A DNA stretch of 64,000 nt from Clostridia bacterium (GCA_017468465.1 JAFUIN010000001.1:14425-78424), one strand, 5' to 3'. Shown: positions 8,802 to 18,133, counted from the stretch's first letter. Notes: generated by a model not told the origin, from the sequence alone. Translations and numbers: made by a program.

Positions 8802-9764
8802 ATGAATCAGAAAAGCAAAGAATTATTGGAATTATTAAAGCAAAATGATTTGATTTTAGCACCAATGGCAGGGGTTACGGATTTAGCATTCCGTGAGATT
8901 GCAAGAGAACAGGGTGCTTTTCTTTGTGTATCGGAAATGATTAGCGCAAAAGCGTTGACTTATAAAGACAAGCATACGTTTGATTTGCTGAAAACTTCAA
9001 AAGAAGATTCGCCGCTTTCGGTACAGTTGTTTGGTCACGAGCCGGCTGTTTTGTATGATGCGGTCAAGCAAATTGAGGATATGGGTTTTTCTATGATTGA
9101 TTTGAACTCAGGGTGTCCCGCTCCGAAAATTGTGAAAAACAGTGACGGTTCTGCATTGATGCAGCAACCAAAGCTGCTGTTTGAAATCGTATCTGCCATG
9201 CGAAAAGCAACTCAGCTGCCCTTAAGCGTAAAATTGCGCATCGGCTTTGATTCGGAACATAAAAACGTGGTGGAATGCGCCAAGCTTTGTGAAGAAGCAG
9301 GAGCGGATTTTCTGACTGTTCACGGAAGAACCAGAGAAATGCAGTATAGCGGAGCTGCCGATTTGTCTTATATCAAGCAGGTAAAAGAGGCAGTTTCTAT
9401 TCCGGTTATCGGAAACGGTGATGTCTGTGACAGTGCAAGCTATTTCAGAATGAAAGAAGCGACCGGTTGTGACGGAGTGATGATTGGTCGTGCTGCACTG
9501 GGGAATCCCTTTATTTTTGACTTGATAAAACATCCAAACCGCACCATTTCCAAAGAAGAAAAAATGGGTGTTTTGTACCGCCAGGCAGAAAAAATGAACG
9601 AAACGAAAAAAAATGCCATTAAAGAAGCAAGATGCCACATTTTATGGTACTTAAAAGGGTTCCATAATGCAAAACCATATAAATTGAAAGTGGCAAATTT
9701 ACTGACACTTTCGGATGTCAAAAATTATATCGATGAAATTCTTTCGGATGATCGTGTATATTAA
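8802..9764 (+). CDS. dus: tRNA-dihydrouridine synthase (DusB-like)
   Basis: LAPMAGVTDLAFR, DLNSGCPAPKIVK and TVHGRTREMQYSG motifs of FMN-dependent Dus enzymes. Confidence 0.85.
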   Translation: MNQKSKELLELLKQNDLILAPMAGVTDLAFREIAREQGAFLCVSEMISAKALTYKDKHTFDLLKTSKEDSPLSVQLFGHEPAVLYDAVKQIEDMGFSMIDLNSGCPAPKIVKNSDGSALMQQPKLLFEIVSAMRKATQLPLSVKLRIGFDSEHKNVVECAKLCEEAGADFLTVHGRTREMQYSGAADLSYIKQVKEAVSIPVIGNGDVCDSASYFRMKEATGCDGVMIGRAALGNPFIFDLIKHPNRTISKEEKMGVLYRQAEKMNETKKNAIKEARCHILWYLKGFHNAKPYKLKVANLLTLSDVKNYIDEILSDDRVY

Positions 9765-9776
9765 ATTCTAACATTA

Positions 9777-9806
9777 CCGGCTGACTCTTTTGGTCAGTCG
9801 GTTTTT
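9777..9806 (+). terminator. Intrinsic terminator after dus
   Basis: CCGGCTGAC...GTCAGTCGG hairpin followed by TTTTT. Confidence 0.75.
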
Positions 9807-9920
9807 ATGTTTCAAAAAACTTAACAGTTGTGATAAAAATTACATTCGTATTTTCTGTGAACAAAGGAAACAATAATAACTGTCCAAGGACAAAAAATAA
9901 CGCGGATGTGATGGAAAATT

Positions 9921-10937
9921 TTGTGCAAAAATTCAATTAAAAAATTTTATATTTCATTAGTAGTATTTCTGTTTTCTGTGGGTTTTATCCGCTTGCATTT
10001 TATGAATGAAATTCCGGTGAACAGCCAAAGCGAAGTCCGATACCTGATTCCTTCCGGAAAAGCAGTTGGGATGAAGCTGAAAACCAAAGGCGTGATGGTG
10101 GTAGGAGTAGAACAAAACGGGCACCTTCCGGCAAAAAAAGCAGGTATAAAAGTAGGGGATATCATCCAAAAAGTAAACGAAACCACCCTGCAAAATACCC
10201 GCCATTTTGAAGAAATTTTAGAAACCACAAAAGAGGAAACGCTGCTATTGACTGTGCTTCGTAAAGAAAAGGAGTGCACCCTGAAACTGACGCCCACCTT
10301 GAACCAAAGTAATCAGTATGTTTGCGGATTCTGGCTCCGTGACAGTGCTGCCGGAATTGGAACCGTTACGTTTTTTACAGAGGATAAATCCTCCTTTGTG
10401 GCACTGGGGCATCCGGTCAACGATATGGATACCGACCTCTCCTATTCCGTAAGGCTTGGCTATCTGGAGCTTGTGGATATCAAAGGCGCAAAGCAAGCAC
10501 AAAAGGGACGCCCCGGTGAGTTGATTGGTGTTTTATCGGGGGAAGCAGTCGGCAGAATTTGTGAAAACACGGCATCGGGCATCCGGGGAAACGTGAAAAA
10601 TCAAACCATTGTTACAGAAAAAAAGATGCCTATTGCCAAGAAAAACGAAGTCAAAAACGGAAAAGCAACCATTTTATCAACAGTTTCGGAGGAAGGCACC
10701 AAAGAATATGAAATTGAGATACTTCGCATTTTAGACAATGGAGACTATAAGGATTTTGTGATTGAGGTAACAGACAGTGAGCTTCTTTCCAAAACAGGAG
10801 GCATCGTTCAGGGAATGTCGGGTTCACCGATAATTCAGAATGGCCGAATTGTGGGAGCTGTAACACACGTTTTTGTAAACGATTCCAAAAAAGGCTATGG
10901 CATATTTATTGAGAATATGTTAGCGGACAATGAGTAA
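9921..10937 (+). CDS. spoIVB: Stage IV sporulation protein B (S55 serine peptidase with PDZ domain)
   Basis: N-terminal TM, PDZ-like KAGIKVGDIIQKVN, and a C-terminal GGIVQGMSGSPIIQNGRIVGAVTHVFVNDSKKGYG catalytic region. Confidence 0.85.
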   Translation: MCKNSIKKFYISLVVFLFSVGFIRLHFMNEIPVNSQSEVRYLIPSGKAVGMKLKTKGVMVVGVEQNGHLPAKKAGIKVGDIIQKVNETTLQNTRHFEEILETTKEETLLLTVLRKEKECTLKLTPTLNQSNQYVCGFWLRDSAAGIGTVTFFTEDKSSFVALGHPVNDMDTDLSYSVRLGYLELVDIKGAKQAQKGRPGELIGVLSGEAVGRICENTASGIRGNVKNQTIVTEKKMPIAKKNEVKNGKATILSTVSEEGTKEYEIEILRILDNGDYKDFVIEVTDSELLSKTGGIVQGMSGSPIIQNGRIVGAVTHVFVNDSKKGYGIFIENMLADNE

Positions 10938-10975
10938 AAATTACCCGTCACGATTGCTGACGGGTAATTTTATTT
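10938..10975 (+). terminator. Intrinsic terminator after spoIVB
   Basis: AAATTACCCGTCA-CGATTGC-TGACGGGTAATTT hairpin plus T-rich tail. Confidence 0.8.
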
Positions 10976-11100
10976 GGTAATGTGTTTTTTCGCATTCTAA
11001 AATTTGCTGAAATTAAAAAAAACCATTCCAACTATTCGGAATAACTTGAAATTTTCTAACCGATATGCTATAATAAATCAAGCAAGAAGAAGGCAGGCTG

Positions 11101-11634
11101 ATGAAATTTACATTTGAAAATACATACAATCAAAAAGCATTATCTGTTATGGCAAAGTGTATTAGAAAGACTGTCAGAAAAGCAAAAAGCAACCAAAGCC
11201 ATATTTTTGGTTGGATTGTTGCCGTGTTAGGGATTCTTCTGTCACTTTCTTCCGGTGAGGAAAGGTTTATCATTGATGGAAGAAAAATCATCACCTGGCT
11301 TGTGGTTCTTGTGCTTGTTGCTGCACTGTTTTTGGAAGACAAAATCAATGGATATTTTGCAAAAAAACGGCTGCTTCCCGGTACGGAAAAAGCTGTGGTA
11401 ACCTTCGATTGTGAAAATTCGGACAGCTTTCTTTCAGAAACAGCTGTCGGCAAAACGGAATTTTCGTATGATAAGATAGGGCTGGTGGCAGAAACAGACG
11501 CATACTTTGTGTTTATATTCAGCAGCAGTCATGCACAAATTTATGATAAAAACAATCTTTCCGGCAGCACTTGTGAGGAATTCAGGCAATTTATCACCGA
11601 ACGAACAAACAAGAGCATTATCGCAGTCATATAA
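11101..11634 (+). CDS. Hypothetical membrane protein (YcxB-like architecture)
   Basis: 177 aa with two central TM helices followed by a small soluble domain. The family assignment comes from architecture only. Confidence 0.55.
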   Translation: MKFTFENTYNQKALSVMAKCIRKTVRKAKSNQSHIFGWIVAVLGILLSLSSGEERFIIDGRKIITWLVVLVLVAALFLEDKINGYFAKKRLLPGTEKAVVTFDCENSDSFLSETAVGKTEFSYDKIGLVAETDAYFVFIFSSSHAQIYDKNNLSGSTCEEFRQFITERTNKSIIAVI

Positions 11635-11691
11635 AGTGTTTTCCCAAAAAGCGATTGACATTAAATTTATCACAAAAAGGAGAGCTCCGCT

Positions 11692-12795
11692 ATGTTATTT
11701 GAAAAAGTGAAGAAAAATTTCGGATTTGGATTTATGCGGCTTCCCATGGATGGCGAGCAAGTGGATTACACTCAGGTAAATGAGATGGTAGACACTTTTT
11801 TAGAAGAAGGCTTTAACTATTTCGATACGGCACATGGATATTTGGACGGGAAGAGCGAAATCGCCATTCGGGAATGTCTGGTAAAGCGTTACCCGAGGGA
11901 TAGCTTTGTTTTGGCAGATAAGCTTTCTCCCTGGTATTACAATGCGGAGGAAGAAATCCGTCCGCTATTTCAAAAACAGCTGGAGGCTTGCGGGGTAGAT
12001 TTTTTTGATGTTTATTTGTTTCATTGTATGAATCAGGAGTTGTATCAGAAAAATATCCGTTGCAATTCCTTTGAAATTGTGAAGCAGTTAAAAGAAGAAG
12101 GAAAAATCGGACACATTGCCATGTCGTTTCACGATACAGCGGATGTGCTCGACAAAATTCTCACAGAGCAGCCTATGATAGAATATGTGCAGCTTCAGTT
12201 TAATTATCTGGACTATGATGACCCGGGCGTACAAAGCAGAGCTTGTTATGACGTGTGTATGAAGCACGGAAAAAAAGTGCTTGTTATGGAGCCTGTTAAG
12301 GGTGGTAATCTGGTGAATCTTCCGAAAGAAGCGAAAGAGCTGCTTCGGGCAAACAGCAAAGACAGCGAGGCGGCTTTTGCAATACGTTTTGCAGCAAGCT
12401 TTCCCAACATTGAAATGGTGCTGTCTGGGATGGGGAATATGGATATGCTTCGGGATAATGTTTCTGCTATGAAGGAGTTTGTTCCCTTGAGCGAAGAAGA
12501 ATTTGCACTTTCTGAGAAGCTTCGTTCACAAATTCGGGCTGTGCGGCAAATTTCCTGCACTGCTTGCCGTTATTGTGTAGATAATTGTCCCCAAAAAATT
12601 CAGATTCCCGATGTATTCTCTGTTTATAACAAACATTTGGCAGCAGAATCCGCCTGGAAAGAAACCAAAGTGATTTTACAAGAGCAGCACGCCAATGTGA
12701 AAGACTGCATTCAGTGTGGCGCTTGTGAGAAATACTGTCCGCAAAACATTCACATTAAAGAGACAATGAAGCTTTTGGGCGAAGCAATGGATTAA
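11692..12795 (+). CDS. Aldo/keto reductase with C-terminal 4Fe-4S ferredoxin-type domain
   Basis: The AKR core (FNYFDTAHGYLDGKSE) is followed by two Cys clusters, CTACRYCVDNCP and CIQCGACEKYCP. Confidence 0.85.
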   Translation: MLFEKVKKNFGFGFMRLPMDGEQVDYTQVNEMVDTFLEEGFNYFDTAHGYLDGKSEIAIRECLVKRYPRDSFVLADKLSPWYYNAEEEIRPLFQKQLEACGVDFFDVYLFHCMNQELYQKNIRCNSFEIVKQLKEEGKIGHIAMSFHDTADVLDKILTEQPMIEYVQLQFNYLDYDDPGVQSRACYDVCMKHGKKVLVMEPVKGGNLVNLPKEAKELLRANSKDSEAAFAIRFAASFPNIEMVLSGMGNMDMLRDNVSAMKEFVPLSEEEFALSEKLRSQIRAVRQISCTACRYCVDNCPQKIQIPDVFSVYNKHLAAESAWKETKVILQEQHANVKDCIQCGACEKYCPQNIHIKETMKLLGEAMD

Positions 12796-12898
12796 AAAAA
12801 TGAGACAGAAAGCAACTGTTACTTCTTGTGATATCCGACTCTAAAAAAGCTTATCTGTGGCAGATGGAACAATATAAAAGATTGAAGGAGAAAAAACA

Positions 12899-13921
12899 AT
12901 GAAAAAATTTCTGTTACCGGAAAGTGGTCAGTTTTACAAGGCGAATCTGCATTGTCACACCAATGTGTCAGATGGCAGACTTTCCCCTGCTGAAATGAAG
13001 GAAGAATACAAAAAAAGAGGCTATAGCGTGATTGCTTATACCGATCATAATGTGCTGGTTCCTCATCCGGAGCTGACCGATGATGGTTTTGTTGCACTTC
13101 ACGGCTTGGAATATGATATCACGGAAGAAGCAAAGCAAGATGAGCCGTTTCACCGGTTAAAAACCTGCCATATTTGTATGATCACTACCGATCCGGATTA
13201 TGTGGTGCAGCCCTGTTTTTGGTATTCCTGGCTCTATCAGCATTTGCCGGACCCATCTGTGGTTCAGCATGATGAGTCTATTCCGCCGTACGAATTTCAA
13301 TATACTCCCGAGTATATCAACGATATGATTAAAACCGCCCGTGAAAAAGGCTATTTTGTAACCTATAATCATCCGGCATGGTCTCAGGAAGGCTATGAAA
13401 TTTACAGCAAGTACGAAGGGATGAACGCCATGGAAATCTGCAACTACGGTTGTATTACCGAGGGATATCACGATTATAATCCCCATGTGTACGATGAGTT
13501 GCTCCGCCAGGGTAAAAAGCTGTACTGTATTGCAACTGATGATAACCACAACGGTCGCCCCCTGGATAGTCCACATTGCGATTCCTTTGGCGGTTTTACG
13601 ATGATTAAGGCAGAAAAGCTGGAATACAGAGCCATCGCTGATGCACTGAAAAACGGTAACTTCTATGCTTCACAGGGGCCTGAAATTCACAGCTTATATG
13701 TGGAAGACAACAAATTACATATTAAAACCTCTGATGCGGCAAAAATTGTCTTCACCACCGGTGTCCGCCACGGAAAGTGTCAGTATCCGTCGGAAGGGGA
13801 TACCATAAACGAAGCAGAGTTTGAGCTTCGCCCTGATGACATTTATGTTCGTGTGACCGTGTTTGACAAGAGCGGCAAGCCTGCTGATACCAACGCATAT
13901 TTTGTGGAAGATATTTTATAA
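12899..13921 (+). CDS. PHP-family metal-dependent phosphoesterase/hydrolase, paralog 1
   Basis: N-terminal ANLHCHTNVSDG (HxH) and AYTDHN, later TYNHP and ATDDNHN. RBS GAAGGAG lies upstream. 340 aa. Confidence 0.8.
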   Translation: MKKFLLPESGQFYKANLHCHTNVSDGRLSPAEMKEEYKKRGYSVIAYTDHNVLVPHPELTDDGFVALHGLEYDITEEAKQDEPFHRLKTCHICMITTDPDYVVQPCFWYSWLYQHLPDPSVVQHDESIPPYEFQYTPEYINDMIKTAREKGYFVTYNHPAWSQEGYEIYSKYEGMNAMEICNYGCITEGYHDYNPHVYDELLRQGKKLYCIATDDNHNGRPLDSPHCDSFGGFTMIKAEKLEYRAIADALKNGNFYASQGPEIHSLYVEDNKLHIKTSDAAKIVFTTGVRHGKCQYPSEGDTINEAEFELRPDDIYVRVTVFDKSGKPADTNAYFVEDIL

Positions 13922-13934
13922 AGGAGACCTCGCT

Positions 13935-14972
13935 ATGAGAACTTACTTATTGCCCGAAAAAGGACAGTTTTATAAAGCAAATTTACATTGTCATACCACC
14001 GTTTCCGACGGAAATCTGACGCCGGATGAAATCAAGGAGGCATACAAACAGCGCGGATATTCTGTTGTGGCATTTACCGACCATAATATTTTAGTGCCGC
14101 ATCCGTATCTGCAAAGCGACGATTTTGTGGCGTTGTATGGTATGGAATACTATTTTGCAGAGGTGCTTCCCGGTCAGTCATGGGAACAATCCAGAACCTC
14201 TCATTTGTGTCTGATTTCATTGGATCCTGAAAATGTGATTCAGCCTTGCTTTTATCAACCGAATTGGTTTTATGACAGACTTTTAGAACGTAACGACCCC
14301 CGCTATCAGGTGACATTGGATCCTAATGCGCCTGCTTACGAAAGAGTGTTCACACCCGACGGTGTGAATGAGGTGATTCAAACCGCCCGTGAAAAAGGTT
14401 TTTTTGTTACTTACAATCATCCCAAATGGTCCAAGGAGGGTTATGAAACCTACAGCCAATACAAGGGAATGCACGCCATTGAAATTTGCAACTACGCCTC
14501 CTATGTGAAGGGCTTCCACGAATATAACACCAAGGTGTATGAAGAAAAACTGCATAACGGTGAAAAAATCTTTGGTATTTCTGCCGACGATAACCATAAC
14601 GGTTCTCCCTTTGACAGCCCGTATAACGATTCCTTTGGTGCTTTTACCATGATCAAAGCAGAAAATTTGGATTACCGTTCCATTACCGATGCTTTGGTGA
14701 AAGGTCATTTTTACGCATCTATGGGGCCGGAAATTTACAGCATGTATCTGGAAGGCAACAAGTTGCACGTGAAAACCTCCGATGCAGCCATCATCAACTT
14801 TACCTCCGGCATCCGTCATTGCTATAATGAGTATTGTCCGGAAGGCGGCAAGCTCAACGAAGTTATTTTTGATGTATGGCCACAGGATATTTTCTTCAGA
14901 GTAACCGTGTGCGACAAAGAGGGCAGACGTGCAACCAGTAATGCCTACTTTGTGGAAGATTATGTGAAATAA
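13935..14972 (+). CDS. PHP-family metal-dependent phosphoesterase/hydrolase, paralog 2
   Basis: ATG 13935 is preceded by AAGGAGA, and the N-terminus MRTYLLPEKGQFYKANLHCHT aligns with paralogs 1 and 3. The track start at 13863 overlaps paralog 1 and is rejected. Confidence 0.8.
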   Translation: MRTYLLPEKGQFYKANLHCHTTVSDGNLTPDEIKEAYKQRGYSVVAFTDHNILVPHPYLQSDDFVALYGMEYYFAEVLPGQSWEQSRTSHLCLISLDPENVIQPCFYQPNWFYDRLLERNDPRYQVTLDPNAPAYERVFTPDGVNEVIQTAREKGFFVTYNHPKWSKEGYETYSQYKGMHAIEICNYASYVKGFHEYNTKVYEEKLHNGEKIFGISADDNHNGSPFDSPYNDSFGAFTMIKAENLDYRSITDALVKGHFYASMGPEIYSMYLEGNKLHVKTSDAAIINFTSGIRHCYNEYCPEGGKLNEVIFDVWPQDIFFRVTVCDKEGRRATSNAYFVEDYVK

Positions 14973-14988
14973 ACGGGAGGATTTTGAT

Positions 14989-16041
14989 ATGAGAAAATAT
15001 TTATTGCCCGAAAACGGACAGTTTTATAAAGCAAACTTACATAGCCATTCTACCATGTCTGACGGAAAGTTGTCTCCCGAAGAGATGAAGGCGGAATATC
15101 AGAAGCGCGGCTATAGCGTGATTGCTTATACCGACCATAACGTAATGGTTCCGCATCCGGAATTAACCGATGAAAACTTCGTTGCTCTCACCGGAACCGA
15201 ATACGATTTTGATAACGAAACCGAAGAAAATCCCTATCACGTGATTCCGGTTTGTCACATCTGCCTGATTGCATTGGACCCCGATAACGTGGTGCAGCCC
15301 TGTTTCAGCCTTCCCAATCGGTATTACGACAGAATCGTGTCATTCAACGACCCCCGATATACTGTTACTTACGATAAAACCCAGCCAAATTATTCCCGTG
15401 ATTATACGCCGGAATGTATCAACAACATTATGAAAACCGCCCGTGAAAAAGGCTTTTTCGTAACCTATAACCATCCCACCTGGTCGCTGGAACGGTTTGA
15501 AATTTACGGCAAGTACGAAGGGATGAATGCCATGGAAATCTGCAACTATGGTTGCGTTACCGAGGGCTATGACGAATATAATGCCGCTCAGTATGACGAA
15601 ATGCTTTCTGCCGGCAAAAAAATCTTTTGTATTGCAACCGATGATAATCACAACCACTATTCCTTTGACAGCCCTCGTTGCGATTCCTTTGGCGGCTTTA
15701 CTATGATTAAAGCGAAAAAGCTGGAATACCGTTCCATTACCGATGCACTGGTAAAAGGTCATTTCTATGCCTCTATGGGCCCCGAAATTTACAGCTTATA
15801 TCTGGAAGGCAACAAGCTTCACATCAAAACCTCCGATGCAAAGCGTATTGTGTTTGCCACCGGTATCCGCCATTGCCATACTGCATATCCCACCAACGGC
15901 GATCACATCAACGAAGCGGAATTTGAGCTTCGTCCTGATGATATTTATGTTCGTGTGACCGTGTTTGGGATGGACGGAAAACCTGCCGATACCAACGCTT
16001 ATTTCTTAGAAGACATCTTAGGCGAATCAGATAAAATGTAA
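14989..16041 (+). CDS. PHP-family metal-dependent phosphoesterase/hydrolase, paralog 3
   Basis: MRKYLLPENGQFYKANLHSHSTMSDG; RBS GGGAGGA upstream. The protein is a mosaic of paralog-1-like and paralog-2-like segments. Confidence 0.8.
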   Translation: MRKYLLPENGQFYKANLHSHSTMSDGKLSPEEMKAEYQKRGYSVIAYTDHNVMVPHPELTDENFVALTGTEYDFDNETEENPYHVIPVCHICLIALDPDNVVQPCFSLPNRYYDRIVSFNDPRYTVTYDKTQPNYSRDYTPECINNIMKTAREKGFFVTYNHPTWSLERFEIYGKYEGMNAMEICNYGCVTEGYDEYNAAQYDEMLSAGKKIFCIATDDNHNHYSFDSPRCDSFGGFTMIKAKKLEYRSITDALVKGHFYASMGPEIYSLYLEGNKLHIKTSDAKRIVFATGIRHCHTAYPTNGDHINEAEFELRPDDIYVRVTVFGMDGKPADTNAYFLEDILGESDKM

Positions 16042-16068
16042 GAATTTTCATAAAATATAAAAAAACAC

Positions 16069-16097
16069 TTGACATTTTGATAAAAGGATTGTATAAT
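16069..16097 (+). promoter_or_regulatory. Sigma-A promoter of the rplU operon
   Basis: TTGACA (16069-16074), 17 nt, TATAAT (16092-16097). Confidence 0.7.
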
Positions 16098-16099
16098 AC

Positions 16100-16210
16100 T
16101 GTGGTAACCGCTCTGGAGTGGCATAAGAATCTTACTTTGGTAAGGTCACCATGATCCGGGCGTGTCCTAAATAACCATCCGAAAACGGATGCAAAAAATT
16201 TAATTGGGAG
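16100..16210 (+). promoter_or_regulatory. Structured 5' leader of rplU-prp-rpmA (candidate L21-leader type ribosomal protein leader)
   Basis: A leader of about 115 nt lies between the promoter and rplU and contains several hairpins (for example CATCCG-AAAA-CGGATG at 16176-16191). Its position matches the Firmicute L21 leader. The family was not verified. Confidence 0.45.
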
Positions 16211-16218
16211 GTGCTTTT

Positions 16219-16530
16219 ATGTACGCAGTTTTGAAAACCGGCGGAAAGCAGTACAAAGTAGCAGAAGGAGATGTAATTTACATCGAAAAATTAGGACTTG
16301 GTGAAAACGAAACCTACACTTTTACCGAAGTGTTGGCAATCGGTTCTGATGATGGCATCAAAGTTGGTGCTCCTTATGTTGACGGTGCAACTGTAACCGC
16401 AAAAGCAATCAAAGAAGGAAGAAGCAAAAAGATCATTGTTTACAAGTATAAACCGAAAAAAGGTTATCACAAAAAACAGGGTCACAGACAGGCTTATACC
16501 AAAGTACAGATTGAAAAAATCAACGGTTAA
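16219..16530 (+). CDS. rplU: 50S ribosomal protein L21
   Basis: [25 protein letters not shown] is canonical. ATG 16219 follows GGGAGGTG. The track start at 16204 is over-extended. Confidence 0.95.
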   Translation: MYAVLKTGGKQYKVAEGDVIYIEKLGLGENETYTFTEVLAIGSDDGIKVGAPYVDGATVTAKAIKEGRSKKIIVYKYKPKKGYHKKQGHRQAYTKVQIEKING

Positions 16531-16536
16531 TTTTTT

Positions 16537-16869
16537 ATGATAAACATTGAAATTAACAGGAATTACATCGGTAATATTAACCGATTTTCGGTAGATGGGC
16601 ATTCCGGCTATGAGGAAAGCGGCAGAGATATTGTTTGTGCCAGCGTTTCCACTGCCACACAATCCGTTGTGTTGGGGATGTCAGAAATCTTAGGAATCCG
16701 CTTGAATATTATCATTGATGACGGTCATCTTGAATGTGTAATTCCTGAAATTTCCGACCAGCTTGTATTGGAAAAGGTAAACATTTTGTTGGAAACAATG
16801 GTGTTAACCTTGTACCAGATGGCGTCGGAATATCCTGATTATGTAAAAATGTTAGAAGTGGAGGAATAA
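16537..16869 (+). CDS. prp: Ribosomal-processing cysteine protease Prp (YsxB family)
   Basis: Located between rplU and rpmA. The GHSGY...DIVCASVS motif carries the catalytic His and Cys. Confidence 0.9.
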   Translation: MINIEINRNYIGNINRFSVDGHSGYEESGRDIVCASVSTATQSVVLGMSEILGIRLNIIIDDGHLECVIPEISDQLVLEKVNILLETMVLTLYQMASEYPDYVKMLEVEE

Positions 16870-16873
16870 AATT

Positions 16874-17149
16874 ATGTTCAAAATTAATTTCCAATTATTT
16901 GCTCATAAAAAAGGTGTAGGTAGCACCAAAAACGGCAGAGACAGTGAATCCAAAAGACTGGGTGCGAAAAGAGCAGACGGTCAGTTTGTTTTAGCTGGCA
17001 ACATTCTGGTTAGACAGAGAGGCACCAAAATCAATCCCGGTGAAAATGTTGGAAAAGGCTCTGACGATACTTTATACGCTTTAATCGACGGTAAAGTAAG
17101 ATTTGAAACCAAAAGAGATAAAAAACAGGTTAGCGTATACGCTATCTAA
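16874..17149 (+). CDS. rpmA: 50S ribosomal protein L27 (with Prp-cleaved N-terminal extension)
   Basis: [30 protein letters not shown]: a 9-aa propeptide followed by the canonical AHKK start. Confidence 0.95.
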   Translation: MFKINFQLFAHKKGVGSTKNGRDSESKRLGAKRADGQFVLAGNILVRQRGTKINPGENVGKGSDDTLYALIDGKVRFETKRDKKQVSVYAI

Positions 17150-17168
17150 TCTCAAACATCGCAAAGAG

Positions 17169-17202
17169 AAAGCTGTATCATTTCGGTGATACAGCTTTTT
17201 TT
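17169..17202 (+). terminator. Intrinsic terminator after rpmA
   Basis: AAAGCTGTATCA-TTTCGG-TGATACAGCTTT hairpin plus T-run. Confidence 0.85.
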
Positions 17203-17220
17203 GTGCATTTTTTGGTATCA

Positions 17221-17256
17221 AAAAGGTCTGTAGCATTTCTCGCACAGACCTTTTTT
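17221..17256. terminator. Bidirectional terminator (3' end of lexA)
   Basis: AAAA-GGTCTGT...ACAGACC-TTTTTT; an A-run and a T-run flank the hairpin. Confidence 0.7.
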
Positions 17257-17268
17257 AGCTCATTTTTA

Positions 17269-17904
17269 TTAGAATTTTCGGATTAAGCCAATCACTTTTC
17301 CCAAAATGTTTAGCTTGGTGACAATAATCGGCTCCATGGTGTCATTTTCCGGCTGCAGACGGAAATATCCATCTTCCTTGTAAAAGGTTTTGACGGTAAC
17401 GCTGTCATCCAGAAGTGCAACCACAATTTCACCGTTTTCTGCTGCAGGCTGACGGGCAACAATTAAGAAGTCGTCGGGAAGAATCCCTTTTTGAATCATA
17501 CTGGTACCCTGAACCTTTAGCATAAAGACTTGCTTATTGTTGGTCAGCTCAACGGGAATGGTCATAGTATTGTCAAAATTTTCGGATGCCCAGATCGGTT
17601 CGCCGGCTGCAACATTCCCCAAAATAGGAACCTCCACCACATTGGTATTGGACATATCCGGGTTGGAAAGAGGAGCTTTGGTTTCCTGCCCCTTCACCAC
17701 CGAGATGGCTCTGTTTTTGGAAGAGCTTTTGTTCAAGAAGCCTTTTTCTTCTAAATTTTTCAGGTGGGTGAACACGGTTGCGGTAGAACGCAACCCAACC
17801 CCCAAGCAAATATCACGAACTGTAGGCGGAAATCCGTTTTTTTCCTGAAAATCATTGATAAAATCTAAAATCAGTTTTTGTTTTTTGGTTAATTCCATAT
17901 CCAT
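17269..17904 (-). CDS. lexA: LexA repressor (S24 autopeptidase)
   Basis: N-terminal wHTH (LTKKQKLILDFI..NGFPPTVRDI), cleavage site VAAGEP, and catalytic GTSM...K in the C-terminal domain. Confidence 0.95.
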   Translation of the reverse strand: MDMELTKKQKLILDFINDFQEKNGFPPTVRDICLGVGLRSTATVFTHLKNLEEKGFLNKSSSKNRAISVVKGQETKAPLSNPDMSNTNVVEVPILGNVAAGEPIWASENFDNTMTIPVELTNNKQVFMLKVQGTSMIQKGILPDDFLIVARQPAAENGEIVVALLDDSVTVKTFYKEDGYFRLQPENDTMEPIIVTKLNILGKVIGLIRKF

Positions 17905-17999
17905 AACAGAAAGCTCCTTATTAGGTGTTTTGTCGAAAAAGACCTGAAAAACAAGGTTTTTTTCAGGTTTTTTCGGTATTTTTTCGCTTTGTTATTCAT

Positions 18000-18028
18000 A
18001 GTATAACATATAAAATTTGATTTGTCAA
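18000..18028 (-). promoter_or_regulatory. lexA promoter
   Basis: On the minus strand: TTGACA (18028-18023), 17 nt, TATACT (18005-18000). The -35 element overlaps SOS box 1. Confidence 0.6.
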
Positions 18029-18039
18029 ACATTTGTTTG
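18026..18039. promoter_or_regulatory. SOS (Cheo-type) box 1
   Basis: CAAACATTTGTTTG, a near-palindrome related to Gram-positive CGAAC-N4-GTTCG. Confidence 0.6.
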
Positions 18040-18059
18040 TATTTTTTTGAAAAAAACTC

Positions 18060-18088
18060 TTGACAAGAACAAATGTTTGTGCTACAAT
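18060..18088 (+). promoter_or_regulatory. Promoter of the yneA-like gene
   Basis: TTGACA (18060-18065), 17 nt, TACAAT (18083-18088). The spacer is occupied by SOS box 2. Confidence 0.65.
18066..18079. promoter_or_regulatory. SOS box 2
   Basis: AGAACAAATGTTTG (GAAC-N4-GTTT) inside the promoter spacer. Confidence 0.65.
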
Positions 18089-18101
18089 AGCCTCAAGAAA
18101 G

Positions 18102-18115
18102 AAACAAATGTTCGT
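18102..18115. promoter_or_regulatory. SOS box 3
   Basis: GAAACAAATGTTCG (AAAC-N4-GTTC), just downstream of the -10 element and the TSS. Confidence 0.65.
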
Positions 18116-18133
18116 GTTTAGGAGGTAAAATCC

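Noticed and set aside
9807-9920. A forespore sigma-F/G type promoter upstream of spoIVB, and a sigma-E type promoter upstream of the M23/spoIVFB operon (19874-19990).
   Set aside because: AT-rich sequence gives several partial matches (for example TCATATT upstream of the M23 gene), but none has both elements at correct spacing. They are not reportable from sequence alone.
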